A stretch of 64,000 nucleotides of DNA from positions 64,001 to 128,000 of the IMG/VR virus record IMGVR_UViG_3300035698_026482, one strand, 5' to 3'. Position 1 is the first letter of the stretch, and each line of letters begins with the position of its first letter. A program made the position numbers and the translations under genes. This document shows, piece by piece, positions 9,322 to 18,503 of the stretch. This DNA comes from a virus. Under the pieces are notes generated by a model, which was not told the origin of the DNA, ran no database searches, and saw nothing but the letters and a program-made list of their open reading frames with translations.

Positions 9322-11109
9322 TTATGCCAATTCAAACTTGGCGACGCCGCAATCATAAATGCGAAAAAGCCCACGTGATAACGCAACGTCACGTTCTGTT
9401 AGTCCGTTCTTTTTGTCTGCTACACATCTTGATCGATGAAGTCGTTGACCACCGCCGTGTGTCCAAAAGAAACCGTATTTTGTCTCATCAAGCTTCTTGA
9501 ACCCAACGTTAACATATCCTGCACCTTCGCCATGTCTGAGATGCACATACGTCATCAATTTTGGCTTACTGGTGTATATGGCTTCGATCTTGGCACGTTT
9601 TATTAACTTGCCTAGCCCTCCTCGTACAGAGACATTTAATAGCGATGCAAATCGTTTAACTTCAAGATGATCTGGAAAGCGTTGGCCCTGTCTTGGCTTG
9701 CCTAGCGTCATAACCGATACTAGACAATGTTCCTCTGAAGTGAATAGACCAAAGCGCAGTGAACATGGCGTCGATCCGTCAAGATGATTGGTGTTTAAAA
9801 ATTCTTTAGCGATTTCTGTTGATATTGGCGCCACATAACATTTGCGCGCGTTTGCTTTTGCTAGTGGTTTGCCTAGTCGTCCTCTTATCATTGATTCAAC
9901 GATGTCACGCTTTTGTAACCACTCGTCTTCAAACACGTGAAATACGTTGATACCCGCATTTCTGCATTCGTCTAGTTTTGTTCGCATATAATCCTGGCCA
10001 CAACCGTTAGCTTCACAATGCCACCATAGTCCATTATATTCGACGCCAAAATTCATTGACGGTACCCATATATCAATTTCCTTACCACCTAGCACGGATC
10101 GATTATTGCGCTCAACATCAAATCCAAGCGATTCAATAAATGCGGCAACTTCTTCTTCACCAATTGATCTGCCCGTAGGATAACATTTTTGACATCGACC
10201 GATATCACGATCTAGATTCTCAAGCGTCACATCAAATTCAATTTGACATTGTTGACATCTTGTTTTTAGAGGCGTCTTGCGTGTTTCATATTCTTCGTAC
10301 GACGATAATACAACGTATTCTTGAGGTTTTCGCGTTGTTCTAATCGTGAATTCTTCTAGCGACAGGCGCTTGTAGTCAGCCATCTTCTTTTTGCTTTCGT
10401 CTGTATGACTCTTTCCGAAAAAGGGATTGCCAGTGTCGGCATATCGTTTTGATTGTTCGACAAGGTATTCGATACCGTCGCTTTTTGTCTTTCCGTTATA
10501 TGGATTTGCAATGGCGCCGCCTTTTTTGCCACCTTCGCTTTCGGCAACATGTGCGTGGTTCTTACAGTATTTCTTGAATTTGGTTACATCAAGCCGTGTA
10601 AACTCATTACATCCATCAAAATGACATACGGGCCTAACACCTCTATAATGATGCTTCGTGATATACCCGTCGAATTTCATGCCGTGTGTGTTACCTAGAT
10701 GTACAGATAGAGGATGGTGTCCCACAAATCCATCACACCCGCATTCTTTACATGTTATATTTTCAATTGCCAAAGTCTGCTGACGGCGCCTGTGCTGGGT
10801 GGCCGACTTTTTTGTTCTACGATTATGTCCAGCAGCAAATGCTGCGTAATGTCCACCTGGATTCCATCTGGTAAACGCTGCATTATTCACATCCATAATG
10901 CACTTGGGACATGCGCAGCCAGGTATCTTACCACCAAAAATGATATTGCGATGATATTGCTCCCGCTTTATTCCGTCATGAAGTGAGCGCAAATGATCTG
11001 CTAGTGTCTTGCCGTATTTTCCATTTTTTGCAGGTGGAATGCTTTCACTGCACAAATGACATCTTGATTCGAATTCATCGCCAAAGTTATCATATGCAGG
11101 ATGTTTCAT
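9322..11109 (-). CDS. Zn-finger + Vsr-like PD-(D/E)XK endonuclease + Mom-like GNAT fusion, copy 1 (Hef-like homing endonuclease type)
   Basis: C2H2 fingers (CHLC...HLRSLH; CKEC...HLGNTH), NUMOD3-like HTDESKKKM, nuclease EIDIWVPSMNFGVEYNGLWWH...FEDEW, then AKEFLNTNHLDG..FGLF..LVSVMTLG..LEVKRFAS..TYVHLRHGEGAGYVNVGF. Confidence 0.8.
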   Translation of the reverse strand: MKHPAYDNFGDEFESRCHLCSESIPPAKNGKYGKTLADHLRSLHDGIKREQYHRNIIFGGKIPGCACPKCIMDVNNAAFTRWNPGGHYAAFAAGHNRRTKKSATQHRRRQQTLAIENITCKECGCDGFVGHHPLSVHLGNTHGMKFDGYITKHHYRGVRPVCHFDGCNEFTRLDVTKFKKYCKNHAHVAESEGGKKGGAIANPYNGKTKSDGIEYLVEQSKRYADTGNPFFGKSHTDESKKKMADYKRLSLEEFTIRTTRKPQEYVVLSSYEEYETRKTPLKTRCQQCQIEFDVTLENLDRDIGRCQKCYPTGRSIGEEEVAAFIESLGFDVERNNRSVLGGKEIDIWVPSMNFGVEYNGLWWHCEANGCGQDYMRTKLDECRNAGINVFHVFEDEWLQKRDIVESMIRGRLGKPLAKANARKCYVAPISTEIAKEFLNTNHLDGSTPCSLRFGLFTSEEHCLVSVMTLGKPRQGQRFPDHLEVKRFASLLNVSVRGGLGKLIKRAKIEAIYTSKPKLMTYVHLRHGEGAGYVNVGFKKLDETKYGFFWTHGGGQRLHRSRCVADKKNGLTERDVALSRGLFRIYDCGVAKFELA

Positions 11110-11254
11110 GATTATATTATATTGTTAATTAACATGGATGTATCAATAACGACGAAAATAATATGGTTACATATAGAAGACAAATGACTCTTTGCGGAAG
11201 GCAAATGAGACCAAAATGCTATGAATTGTCAACTATCGATGTCTAAATTTAGGC

Positions 11255-11283
11255 AAATAAAAAGGGACCCCGAAGGGTCCCTA
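11255..11283 (-). terminator. Rho-independent terminator after the major capsid gene, copy A
   Basis: Same hairpin and U-tract as 8891-8920, differing by one A in the A-run. Confidence 0.92.
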
Positions 11284-11311
11284 GTTAATCTAAGTTGTTG
11301 TAATCGTTAAC

Positions 11312-13210
11312 TTAGATGACGTTGAGGTCCATGACGTTAACAACGCCGTAGAAGTCAGAACGTACCATTTGCTTGCCGTAGCGAGTCATAACACCTTTGC
11401 GCGGTGTGAAATCGTCCGGGCCGTAAATGGTTGGCGTGACGATAAGTGGCACGTACGGAGCGTACACGTAGCCTGTCTCAAGGTAGCTGCCACCCTTGTA
11501 ACCGATAAGAATACGGTTGCGCGGGAAGAAGGGATCCTTGTACACAGTGAAACGGTTGGAAACCGTGCCAATTGCCTCTGCGCCAATCACGAAAGGAGCA
11601 GCTGCTTGACCCGAGCCATCAAACTTAATGGATGGCTTGTACATCACCGAGCTCTCCAGAATCGTGCAAACGTCCGGTGAGGTGACAAGGAAGTTCGCAG
11701 AACCTCTCAATGTCTTACGATGAATCTCATTGGCTGCATCGATGATGGTCTCAATCAAGACACCATACCACTCTGCCACGTTGCCCGTGAAGCTTGGTCC
11801 TGTCGAAAGGGTGTTTGCGAGATTCTGAACGTTACCGTTCGTCTTATCAACAAATACGCCTGGCTTACGTGACCAGTAACGGATTGCTCCATTAGCTTGT
11901 CGGACAAGATCACCAAGAACTTCGCGGTCGATCTCAAGAGCGATCTGTTGCGAGAGGATCTGGGTAAGCTCAACCTCTGCGTCCAGCGAGTGGTACGCGT
12001 TGAGGTCCTGAGCAAGCTCAGGGGTCCAACGGGCACGTAGCTTACGGGAATCAGCTGTTACAGGAATAGCTTCAATCTTGATATCGATCTCTGGGATAAC
12101 AGCCGAAGGCGGGTTACCGAAATCAGACTCGAATGATGGGATGGTCAAAGACGTTCCATCATTGGAGTTAACATCAAACGAATCGCGAAGCATGGTGCTT
12201 AACTTGGAGGTACCTTCAGCTGGGACAGGTAGCGCACCACCATTTGCCAGACGAAGAACAAGTTGAACGTGCGTGCCGTTCTCTGCATTCTCAGTGAAGT
12301 TGACACCGTCGAAATCACCGCGCTTGTTAAGGCGACGGAGGTTTAGGACGCCACGACCATCTTGATAGCTTGAACCCCAAGCCAATGCAGACCCATTGGA
12401 TCCAAGATCGGTCAATGTTACTTGGCTGATTGCTGATCCACGAAGGTCAGCGCTTGGGATTGCTGCTGTCAACGCCGATGCTGACACATGCACGAATGCA
12501 ACGTCAAAGGTACCAACCTCAAGTGCTGTCACAAGATCAGCATCGAAGTACAAGTGGCGACCATTGGAGCCCGTTGCTCCGACTGCATCCGTAAGTGCTG
12601 AGCCCGAAAGCCAAGCGCCATTAGTTCCACCGAAGTGACCGACATCGTTGTTCAACGTAAACGCCGAACCAGAGTGGACCTTGGTGTAACCAATACCTGC
12701 ATGATCATACATGCCGCCGGCTGCAAGGGAGCCAGATTGAACTCCCTTACCTGTTGGTTGACCATAAATGGATGAACCAGCAGCGTACGTTGCGTCTGTT
12801 CCTGCAGTTGCAGTTGCATCAGGACCATAATCACCACCGACATTACTGCCGTAAGTGTAATCCAGATAGAAAAGCAAGCCAGAGGGAAGACTCATTGGTT
12901 GAATCGAAACCAGTTCATTGGCGACGAGGCCACCGAAAACCTTACGGACAATCGGGAAAGCGATATTAGAGAAACCGCGAATCTGACCACTCGATGTGAG
13001 TGCACCACCGCCTGTCGAAAGAGCATTGCTCTCTCTAAGGACTTGCGCCATCTGGTTTTCCAGAAGGCGAGCCATGGTTGATCGCTTACGCGATGAAAGG
13101 TTCTTAAGGAGGCCTGTGCGACCCCATTTCTCGACGAGACGTGAATCTTCGTCGGCGACGTTACGCTCGCGAATACCTTCGGCGAGCTGTGATAGTGAAA
13201 ACTTACGCAT
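11312..13210 (-). CDS. Major capsid protein (T4 gp23-like, HK97 fold), 632 aa
   Basis: LVEKWGRTGLL, VSIQPMSLPSGLLFYLDY, RKLRARWTPELAQDLNAYH, YVYAPYVPL, FTPRKGVMTRYG; followed by a strong terminator. Confidence 0.96.
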   Translation of the reverse strand: MRKFSLSQLAEGIRERNVADEDSRLVEKWGRTGLLKNLSSRKRSTMARLLENQMAQVLRESNALSTGGGALTSSGQIRGFSNIAFPIVRKVFGGLVANELVSIQPMSLPSGLLFYLDYTYGSNVGGDYGPDATATAGTDATYAAGSSIYGQPTGKGVQSGSLAAGGMYDHAGIGYTKVHSGSAFTLNNDVGHFGGTNGAWLSGSALTDAVGATGSNGRHLYFDADLVTALEVGTFDVAFVHVSASALTAAIPSADLRGSAISQVTLTDLGSNGSALAWGSSYQDGRGVLNLRRLNKRGDFDGVNFTENAENGTHVQLVLRLANGGALPVPAEGTSKLSTMLRDSFDVNSNDGTSLTIPSFESDFGNPPSAVIPEIDIKIEAIPVTADSRKLRARWTPELAQDLNAYHSLDAEVELTQILSQQIALEIDREVLGDLVRQANGAIRYWSRKPGVFVDKTNGNVQNLANTLSTGPSFTGNVAEWYGVLIETIIDAANEIHRKTLRGSANFLVTSPDVCTILESSVMYKPSIKFDGSGQAAAPFVIGAEAIGTVSNRFTVYKDPFFPRNRILIGYKGGSYLETGYVYAPYVPLIVTPTIYGPDDFTPRKGVMTRYGKQMVRSDFYGVVNVMDLNVI

Positions 13211-13229
13211 GTTCGTTTTTTCCTTGCAA

Positions 13230-13237
13230 ATAAATAG
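13230..13237 (-). promoter_or_regulatory. Candidate late-promoter motif variant CTATTTAT
   Basis: About 20 nt upstream of the capsid gene ATG, ahead of an AAGGA SD. Confidence 0.4.
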
Positions 13238-13264
13238 TGTGTTAGTAGTGCAAAATGCTCAAAA

Positions 13265-15454
13265 TTAATCAGCTAAGCCGGCATGCCTCTTCCAGAGGTC
13301 CAGATCAATTGATTCGCTTAGTAACGGAGAACTTCCGTCACTGGACTGTACTGTGCCAGCTTTATCAAGGCGTCCTCTAGAGGCGCCACCAGATGTGCTG
13401 ACCTGAGATGCTGAACCGATTGGGCGATGACGTCCTTCGGATAGCCTACGTGACTTACGTTTAAGCGAACGTGTCAGGTTACGGTACAGGAGCTGTGCTT
13501 CTCTAAGATTTCTCGCTTCGTCGATGGCGTCAGTGATTCGCTCTTTTTGTGAACGAGACAATTCTTCCATCGTGAGAATCCTATTAGTATAAAGAAGCTT
13601 GGCTGCAAGAAGACTTGATTCTGCTTGCTTTTGCTTACTTTCGACCAAACTACGTCGAAGTGTTGCCACCTCGCGTGCAGTTGGGCCAGCTGTTGGGCGT
13701 GTACAACGACCTTCAGCGACTCTGTTTTGTGTTCTACGTGATCGAGCTCTTGCTCGCATCCGTGCACGCGCTTCATCGATTACGTCTGTGTCAGATGAGT
13801 CAGTAAATGCCTCACCCTCCTCGTCTGCATCGCCAAAGTCTTTTACGCCCTTGCCTGGGCCAGGTGTTGGTGTCTTATGATATCCGGTATCCATTTCGCG
13901 AAGCTTAGAGCTTCGACCGCCACGAACTGCGTTACGAACTGCTTCGGCAACGTCTTCCATGTCGATATCGACGACGTCATCATCATCTTCGCCAAATTCG
14001 CCACCCATGTCAAATTCTTCGTCATCAACGATTTCAATTGAAACAGAGCCAGCCTCTAGCGCGCTAACAACCTTATCTAATGCTGATGCAGCCTCTGATT
14101 CGGATTCTTCTGCAACATCGAAATCAAGTTCATCGCCACCATCTTCGCCACCGTCATCATCACCATCATCGAGATCACCGAGGTCTACATCTGATTCGCC
14201 CTCGTCTTCATCATCATCTTCGAATAGGCGACTTAGTTGACGGGCGATCGTAGTCTCTTCGACCATTTCATCATCCATGTCATCGCCCATACCACCTGCA
14301 TCGTCAGCATCATAGTCGAATTCGTTACCTTCATCCTCATCGTCAAGAAGAGAATCAAGGTCATCATCGCCGCCTAGGTCATCATCACCTAATGCAGATT
14401 TAAGATCCTGTGCATCCTCATCTTCGTCAAAAGAAAGTCTAAGAAGTACGTCTTCCGTCTCCTGTAGTTTGCCACGGCGCTTAGTAGTCATATTATTGAT
14501 CTCCTTCATCAGAGTCGACATCCTGGTTTTAAGTTTCCTGGCATCGCCAGGATTTGTACGATCGACAACGGCTTCCAGGACGCGACCCAAGCCTTCGATC
14601 TTAGTTGAAAGAACTTTACCTCTTTTGATTCGTGAGGACTCACTAAGTCTTTTAAGAGATTTTGCATTGCGTTCGTAAGCTGAAACTTGGCGGGCGATTC
14701 TGTTACAAACAGCGACGCCTAGTGCTTCATTAACTGTACCGTAAGTACACTCGAGCTTTGAACAAAGCCCTTCACGAATAGATTTTTCAATTTTCGCGTT
14801 GCCCTTAAGCATCATGTAAGACTCATTAATGAAACTTGCAAGGATTGTTAATCCAGCAACATTTGATCGACTAATGTTCTTTTTATTCGATGTTAGGGTT
14901 TCCGATAATTTTTTAAAGGCGCCTGTAAGCTTACTATAAGCGGCTGCCTTATCTTCAATGGCTTCGGCGATTTTCATCACATTACGAAGCTTATCAAGCG
15001 ATTCTTTAACGTCGGCGTCGGTTAAATCGTCGATAACGCCGTCGGGCGATGGAACCTGTACGTCTGCAGATTCAGGATCGATTTCTTCGACATCATCCTC
15101 TTCGGGAACGACAACATCGTCTAGATCCAGCGTCCAGGTGCCATCAGTATTCATGCTGATACCGCCAGCATCACCTACATCATTACCTGCAGCTTCATCT
15201 TCTATACCTGCCGCTACATCAGCAGCGACGTCGTCTTGACCATCAAGTGCCTGGGCGGCGTCATCGGATGCCATTTCAATATCCGTAAGAATATTTTCAT
15301 CGTCATCGCCGTCGTCATCTTCGAGCAAGGCTTGCTCGATATAACGCTCAACTTTAGGGGCAAACTGCTCCATAATTTGGCGATGTGCATCTTCACGCGC
15401 CTTTTGTCGAAGTCGCTTAGCATCGGCGACGGCCTCTTCATAAATGTTTGACAT
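13265..15454 (-). CDS. Prohead core/scaffolding protein, highly acidic, 729 aa
   Basis: MSNIYEEAVADAKRLRQKA N-terminus; D/E-rich low-complexity tracts; C-terminal LLAAKLLYTNRIL...RITDAIDEARNLREAQLLY...WKRHAGL; directly upstream of the capsid gene; AGGGAG SD. Confidence 0.75.
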   Translation of the reverse strand: MSNIYEEAVADAKRLRQKAREDAHRQIMEQFAPKVERYIEQALLEDDDGDDDENILTDIEMASDDAAQALDGQDDVAADVAAGIEDEAAGNDVGDAGGISMNTDGTWTLDLDDVVVPEEDDVEEIDPESADVQVPSPDGVIDDLTDADVKESLDKLRNVMKIAEAIEDKAAAYSKLTGAFKKLSETLTSNKKNISRSNVAGLTILASFINESYMMLKGNAKIEKSIREGLCSKLECTYGTVNEALGVAVCNRIARQVSAYERNAKSLKRLSESSRIKRGKVLSTKIEGLGRVLEAVVDRTNPGDARKLKTRMSTLMKEINNMTTKRRGKLQETEDVLLRLSFDEDEDAQDLKSALGDDDLGGDDDLDSLLDDEDEGNEFDYDADDAGGMGDDMDDEMVEETTIARQLSRLFEDDDEDEGESDVDLGDLDDGDDDGGEDGGDELDFDVAEESESEAASALDKVVSALEAGSVSIEIVDDEEFDMGGEFGEDDDDVVDIDMEDVAEAVRNAVRGGRSSKLREMDTGYHKTPTPGPGKGVKDFGDADEEGEAFTDSSDTDVIDEARARMRARARSRRTQNRVAEGRCTRPTAGPTAREVATLRRSLVESKQKQAESSLLAAKLLYTNRILTMEELSRSQKERITDAIDEARNLREAQLLYRNLTRSLKRKSRRLSEGRHRPIGSASQVSTSGGASRGRLDKAGTVQSSDGSSPLLSESIDLDLWKRHAGLAD

Positions 15455-15486
15455 ATGTGTGAGTCTCCCTATTTTGGGTGCCGACG

Positions 15487-15494
15487 ATAACTAT
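15487..15494 (-). promoter_or_regulatory. Candidate late-promoter motif ATAGTTAT
   Basis: Upstream of the scaffold gene SD. Confidence 0.45.
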
Positions 15495-15514
15495 TGTTAG
15501 CATTGTGAAACTTT

Positions 15515-15739
15515 TCAGTCATCGCGGCGCTTATGTTTTGTCATAGTGTACTTTCGATGCATTTGAACAAGCTTATGTTTATATGCATATGTGATAATTT
15601 TCTTTGCACGCACCAATTTTAAGGTGCAATTATTGGCGATACGATCGGTGCAATTATGCAGCCTAATACATCGTGTGGCTAACTGAGGTACATATCGGGA
15701 TGAGCGCAATGACAGCTGTCTGTTTGCTATCATTTCCAT
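15515..15739 (-). CDS. Possible small basic protein (74 aa, MEMIANR...)
   Basis: 3' half of track ORF 15515..15940; ATG begins just after the TAG of 15741..16349. Confidence 0.3.
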   Translation of the reverse strand: MEMIANRQLSLRSSRYVPQLATRCIRLHNCTDRIANNCTLKLVRAKKIITYAYKHKLVQMHRKYTMTKHKRRDD

Positions 15740-15740
15740 G

Positions 15741-16349
15741 CTATCCCTCCAAGACCTGTCTAATGAATTGTCTAAGAACAGCTTCTTCAATGCCATAATG
15801 GCGAGCAGACAATTGGTCAAATTCTTTTTCTTCGTCGTCATCAATAATATCAAGATATCGATAATTGTCAGAATTTGCTTTTTTCGGCGGCTTATTCCAC
15901 TGCGGCGCACGCGACCAGCCGTACATTGTACCAGACCCAAATTCAGATGATTTAGGTCTCATTCTAATTTCAGATTCAGCGAATACAGGCACGCTTGGAA
16001 ATCCATTGGAGCTTGTATATGTCCGTAGATCTTTAACGCCTTTCGTATTAGAATTTTTTGAAAGTCTAGACTTCGAAATTCTCATTGACATATCGACGTC
16101 ATCGGGATCACCAGCCTCATCCTCTTCGTCATCCTCATACCCAGTTGATGCTAAATCATCCATATACGGAAACCCCTCAGGATATCCGCGCATTTGATTT
16201 AGCGAACTGTTTCCAGTTGAAGACGCATATCCATGCCCCTGTCTTCCATCAGCTCTTCCTGCACCAGCGGCGCCTGCCCCTTGAGCAAGGCCAGCAAATT
16301 CAGTAAGTTTTTTACGTCTCATGCGTTGTGTACTAATAAGGGGATGCAT
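15741..16349 (-). CDS. Hypothetical head-cluster protein
   Basis: 202-aa ORF in the head operon; C-terminal EEAVLRQFIRQVLE helix. Confidence 0.65.
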   Translation of the reverse strand: MHPLISTQRMRRKKLTEFAGLAQGAGAAGAGRADGRQGHGYASSTGNSSLNQMRGYPEGFPYMDDLASTGYEDDEEDEAGDPDDVDMSMRISKSRLSKNSNTKGVKDLRTYTSSNGFPSVPVFAESEIRMRPKSSEFGSGTMYGWSRAPQWNKPPKKANSDNYRYLDIIDDDEEKEFDQLSARHYGIEEAVLRQFIRQVLEG

Positions 16350-16385
16350 TTACACGCATCCCCTCGTTAGAGTGAAATTAAATCA

Positions 16386-16778
16386 TCAAGTTGACGATTT
16401 GCCGAAAATGTAGTCACCAATTTTGTGTTTTGAAATTACCGTTGTAGATTCAGCTGGCGACGTAGTGGAGCCTGCACCAGACGATTTAGCCGCAGGGCCT
16501 TCAGTGATATCTTGCGGATTAGTAGTTCCGCCTGCGGGCCACCCACGATCTGGAACAAACTTTTCAATCTCTGGGGCATCCGAGAAATCCATTGAAATTG
16601 CCCCTAGGTCTGGATTGCCAGATTGAACACCGTCGATAACGGATTGCTGTAATGCTAAAGCAGTCGCAGGATCATACCCAACAAGCGTGGTTGCAAATTG
16701 TAGTTGCAAATTACCATGGCCTGCTGTGCCTAATCCGTACTGTGTCTTTTTTTCAACTTCTGTAGTTGCCATTATCAA
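16386..16778 (-). CDS. Hypothetical head-cluster protein (possible decoration/cement)
   Basis: 130-aa ORF with GAGG SD and upstream ATATTTAC motif. Confidence 0.65.
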   Translation of the reverse strand: MIMATTEVEKKTQYGLGTAGHGNLQLQFATTLVGYDPATALALQQSVIDGVQSGNPDLGAISMDFSDAPEIEKFVPDRGWPAGGTTNPQDITEGPAAKSSGAGSTTSPAESTTVISKHKIGDYIFGKSST

Positions 16779-16808
16779 TCCTCACTAGGTAAATATGCTA
16801 AACTTATT

Positions 16809-17135
16809 TTAGCGACGGCGACGACGAGTTGCTGGACGCCTGCGTGCTGCTTCGTCTAGGCGGATTTCTTCGGAACGAATAGCGCGACGGCATTCGCGAA
16901 GGCGACGGGAAAGTCGAGCTGCTTCGACGCGTAGGCGACGAATTCGTGCTTCTTTTTTCACGCCCTGAGCGGCAAGTTGATCAACATCTTTAACGCCTGT
17001 TTCCTCTTCCCAAGGCTCTTCCTTGGCGTTGACGTCTTCAGCCTGACCGGTCGCAAGGCCTTCGGCCTCCTCCTTGATCATCCTACGAAGTTGTTGCATA
17101 GAAAGGGTGCGAACTGTTTGTCCGGATTTTTTCAT
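16809..17135 (-). CDS. Small protein with acidic middle and arginine-rich C-terminus (possible internal DNA-binding protein)
   Basis: LRRMIKEE helix; ends ARRRPATRRRRR. Confidence 0.65.
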   Translation of the reverse strand: MKKSGQTVRTLSMQQLRRMIKEEAEGLATGQAEDVNAKEEPWEEETGVKDVDQLAAQGVKKEARIRRLRVEAARLSRRLRECRRAIRSEEIRLDEAARRRPATRRRRR

Positions 17136-17230
17136 TGTAATTCCTCTAAAAGGGCACGTTGTTGCCGCGCCTACAGATGCTACTTATCACGCTCAAATGC
17201 GTTCTGTCGCTTTGATAATAATTTTCTATC

Positions 17231-18052
17231 TTATAGACCATTATTCATTTCTGCAGCAAGGGCAGCAAGCGTAGGATCTATATTGGTCGATGTAACCTGC
17301 GTGGGCATATCCAGATGGCCACTCATATCACCAATACCGAGCATTGCTAAATCATCTGGCACTGCAGGTAATGATTGTTCGCGTGATCTGGTTGGTGGTC
17401 CACCCGCGTTCATATGTTGAAATTGTTTTGCCAGTTGGCTCGGACTTGGTGCTGCCCCATCGCTAAAAACAGCTTGTGCCGGCGGGGCCAGTTGTGACTG
17501 TCTATGCGTGGTAGGCTGTGGAGGCGCAGCTTGACCATTCATGGCTGCAGCCTCAAGTTGCCGAATATAAGCTTGTTGTTGCGCATGAATCGCACCTGGG
17601 CTTTGGGTAGGTGCAGCGTGTTGTGCCTGCTGCATTTGGGCCAGACGCGTCAGCGGACCCTCTTCGGTAGACATGCTATTAATTGTTGCCCAGCTCGTTA
17701 AGCCCTTTTCGGGCATATTACTGGTATTACCTGCCGGTTGGGATTGAAGAGTCGTATTCAGTGTGTCAGTAGCGAGCGATTCCCATAAATCACCTGGTCC
17801 TGCAAGATCATGTCCACTTGATTGCTGGTGATCGGCGCGCTGCAATGCTGGAACATTTGTTCCGCGAGGGCGTCTCGTCTGTCTGGTCGGCGTAGACGCC
17901 GTAGCACGCTTAGTTGACTTGTTTTTTGATCGCATGGTCAACTCGACCAAGCTTTCCCTTACGAGTGCCTTCATAAGACGCGGATCATCATCATATAGTT
18001 CAATAATGCACTCTTTGATGAGTGACTTGAGCATAGATTTATTAAGCTTCAT
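17231..18052 (-). CDS. Hypothetical protein, largely Q/P/A-rich and predicted disordered
   Basis: MKLNKSMLKSLIKECIIE N-terminus, then low complexity; GAGG SD. Confidence 0.7.
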   Translation of the reverse strand: MKLNKSMLKSLIKECIIELYDDDPRLMKALVRESLVELTMRSKNKSTKRATASTPTRQTRRPRGTNVPALQRADHQQSSGHDLAGPGDLWESLATDTLNTTLQSQPAGNTSNMPEKGLTSWATINSMSTEEGPLTRLAQMQQAQHAAPTQSPGAIHAQQQAYIRQLEAAAMNGQAAPPQPTTHRQSQLAPPAQAVFSDGAAPSPSQLAKQFQHMNAGGPPTRSREQSLPAVPDDLAMLGIGDMSGHLDMPTQVTSTNIDPTLAALAAEMNNGL

Positions 18053-18092
18053 TTATAGTTCCTCGTGACGATATAATGCCTAATCAGCCCAA

Positions 18093-18500
18093 TCATCCAA
18101 CGCCTTGCCATTCGCCGCCGGGTGCGTTAGTAAATGCAGCAGATCCTGTAAGGAATGGAACACCATCACGCTTATCGATCAATGTAAGCCCAGCAAACAT
18201 ATCCATAGTAGCCACGCCACCGACGCCCTGAACATATACTTCTAATACACGTACGTCAAACGTCTCAACTGTTCCTGCTGGTACGTCAAAGTAATTAGAC
18301 CCAGTTATGCCGTTTTCAGTAAAGCCTACACGAAGAGGCGAGCCGACGGCACTAATTTTCAGATATTTCGTCACCTTCGGAAAGGTGAATCGTTGTGTAA
18401 CGCTGTCGGCTACAGCCACTGATCCTGTTACCCACGGAAGAGCAGCAGTTTGATATGCAGCAACAAATTGAAAACCATTGCCTGTATTTCCTAGACTCAT
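18093..18500 (-). CDS. Hypothetical beta-rich virion protein
   Basis: 135 aa, beta-strand pattern, three TGS motifs, adjacent to the protease gene. Confidence 0.65.
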   Translation of the reverse strand: MSLGNTGNGFQFVAAYQTAALPWVTGSVAVADSVTQRFTFPKVTKYLKISAVGSPLRVGFTENGITGSNYFDVPAGTVETFDVRVLEVYVQGVGGVATMDMFAGLTLIDKRDGVPFLTGSAAFTNAPGGEWQGVG

Positions 18501-18503
18501 GAC

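Noticed and set aside
13960-14420. TCATCA/TCGTCA-rich repetitive DNA as a repeat array
   Set aside because: Explained by Asp/Glu-rich low-complexity coding in the scaffold protein.
15740-15940. 5' half of track ORF 15515..15940
   Set aside because: It overlaps the 202-aa gene in another frame; only the part from ATG 15739 is plausible.
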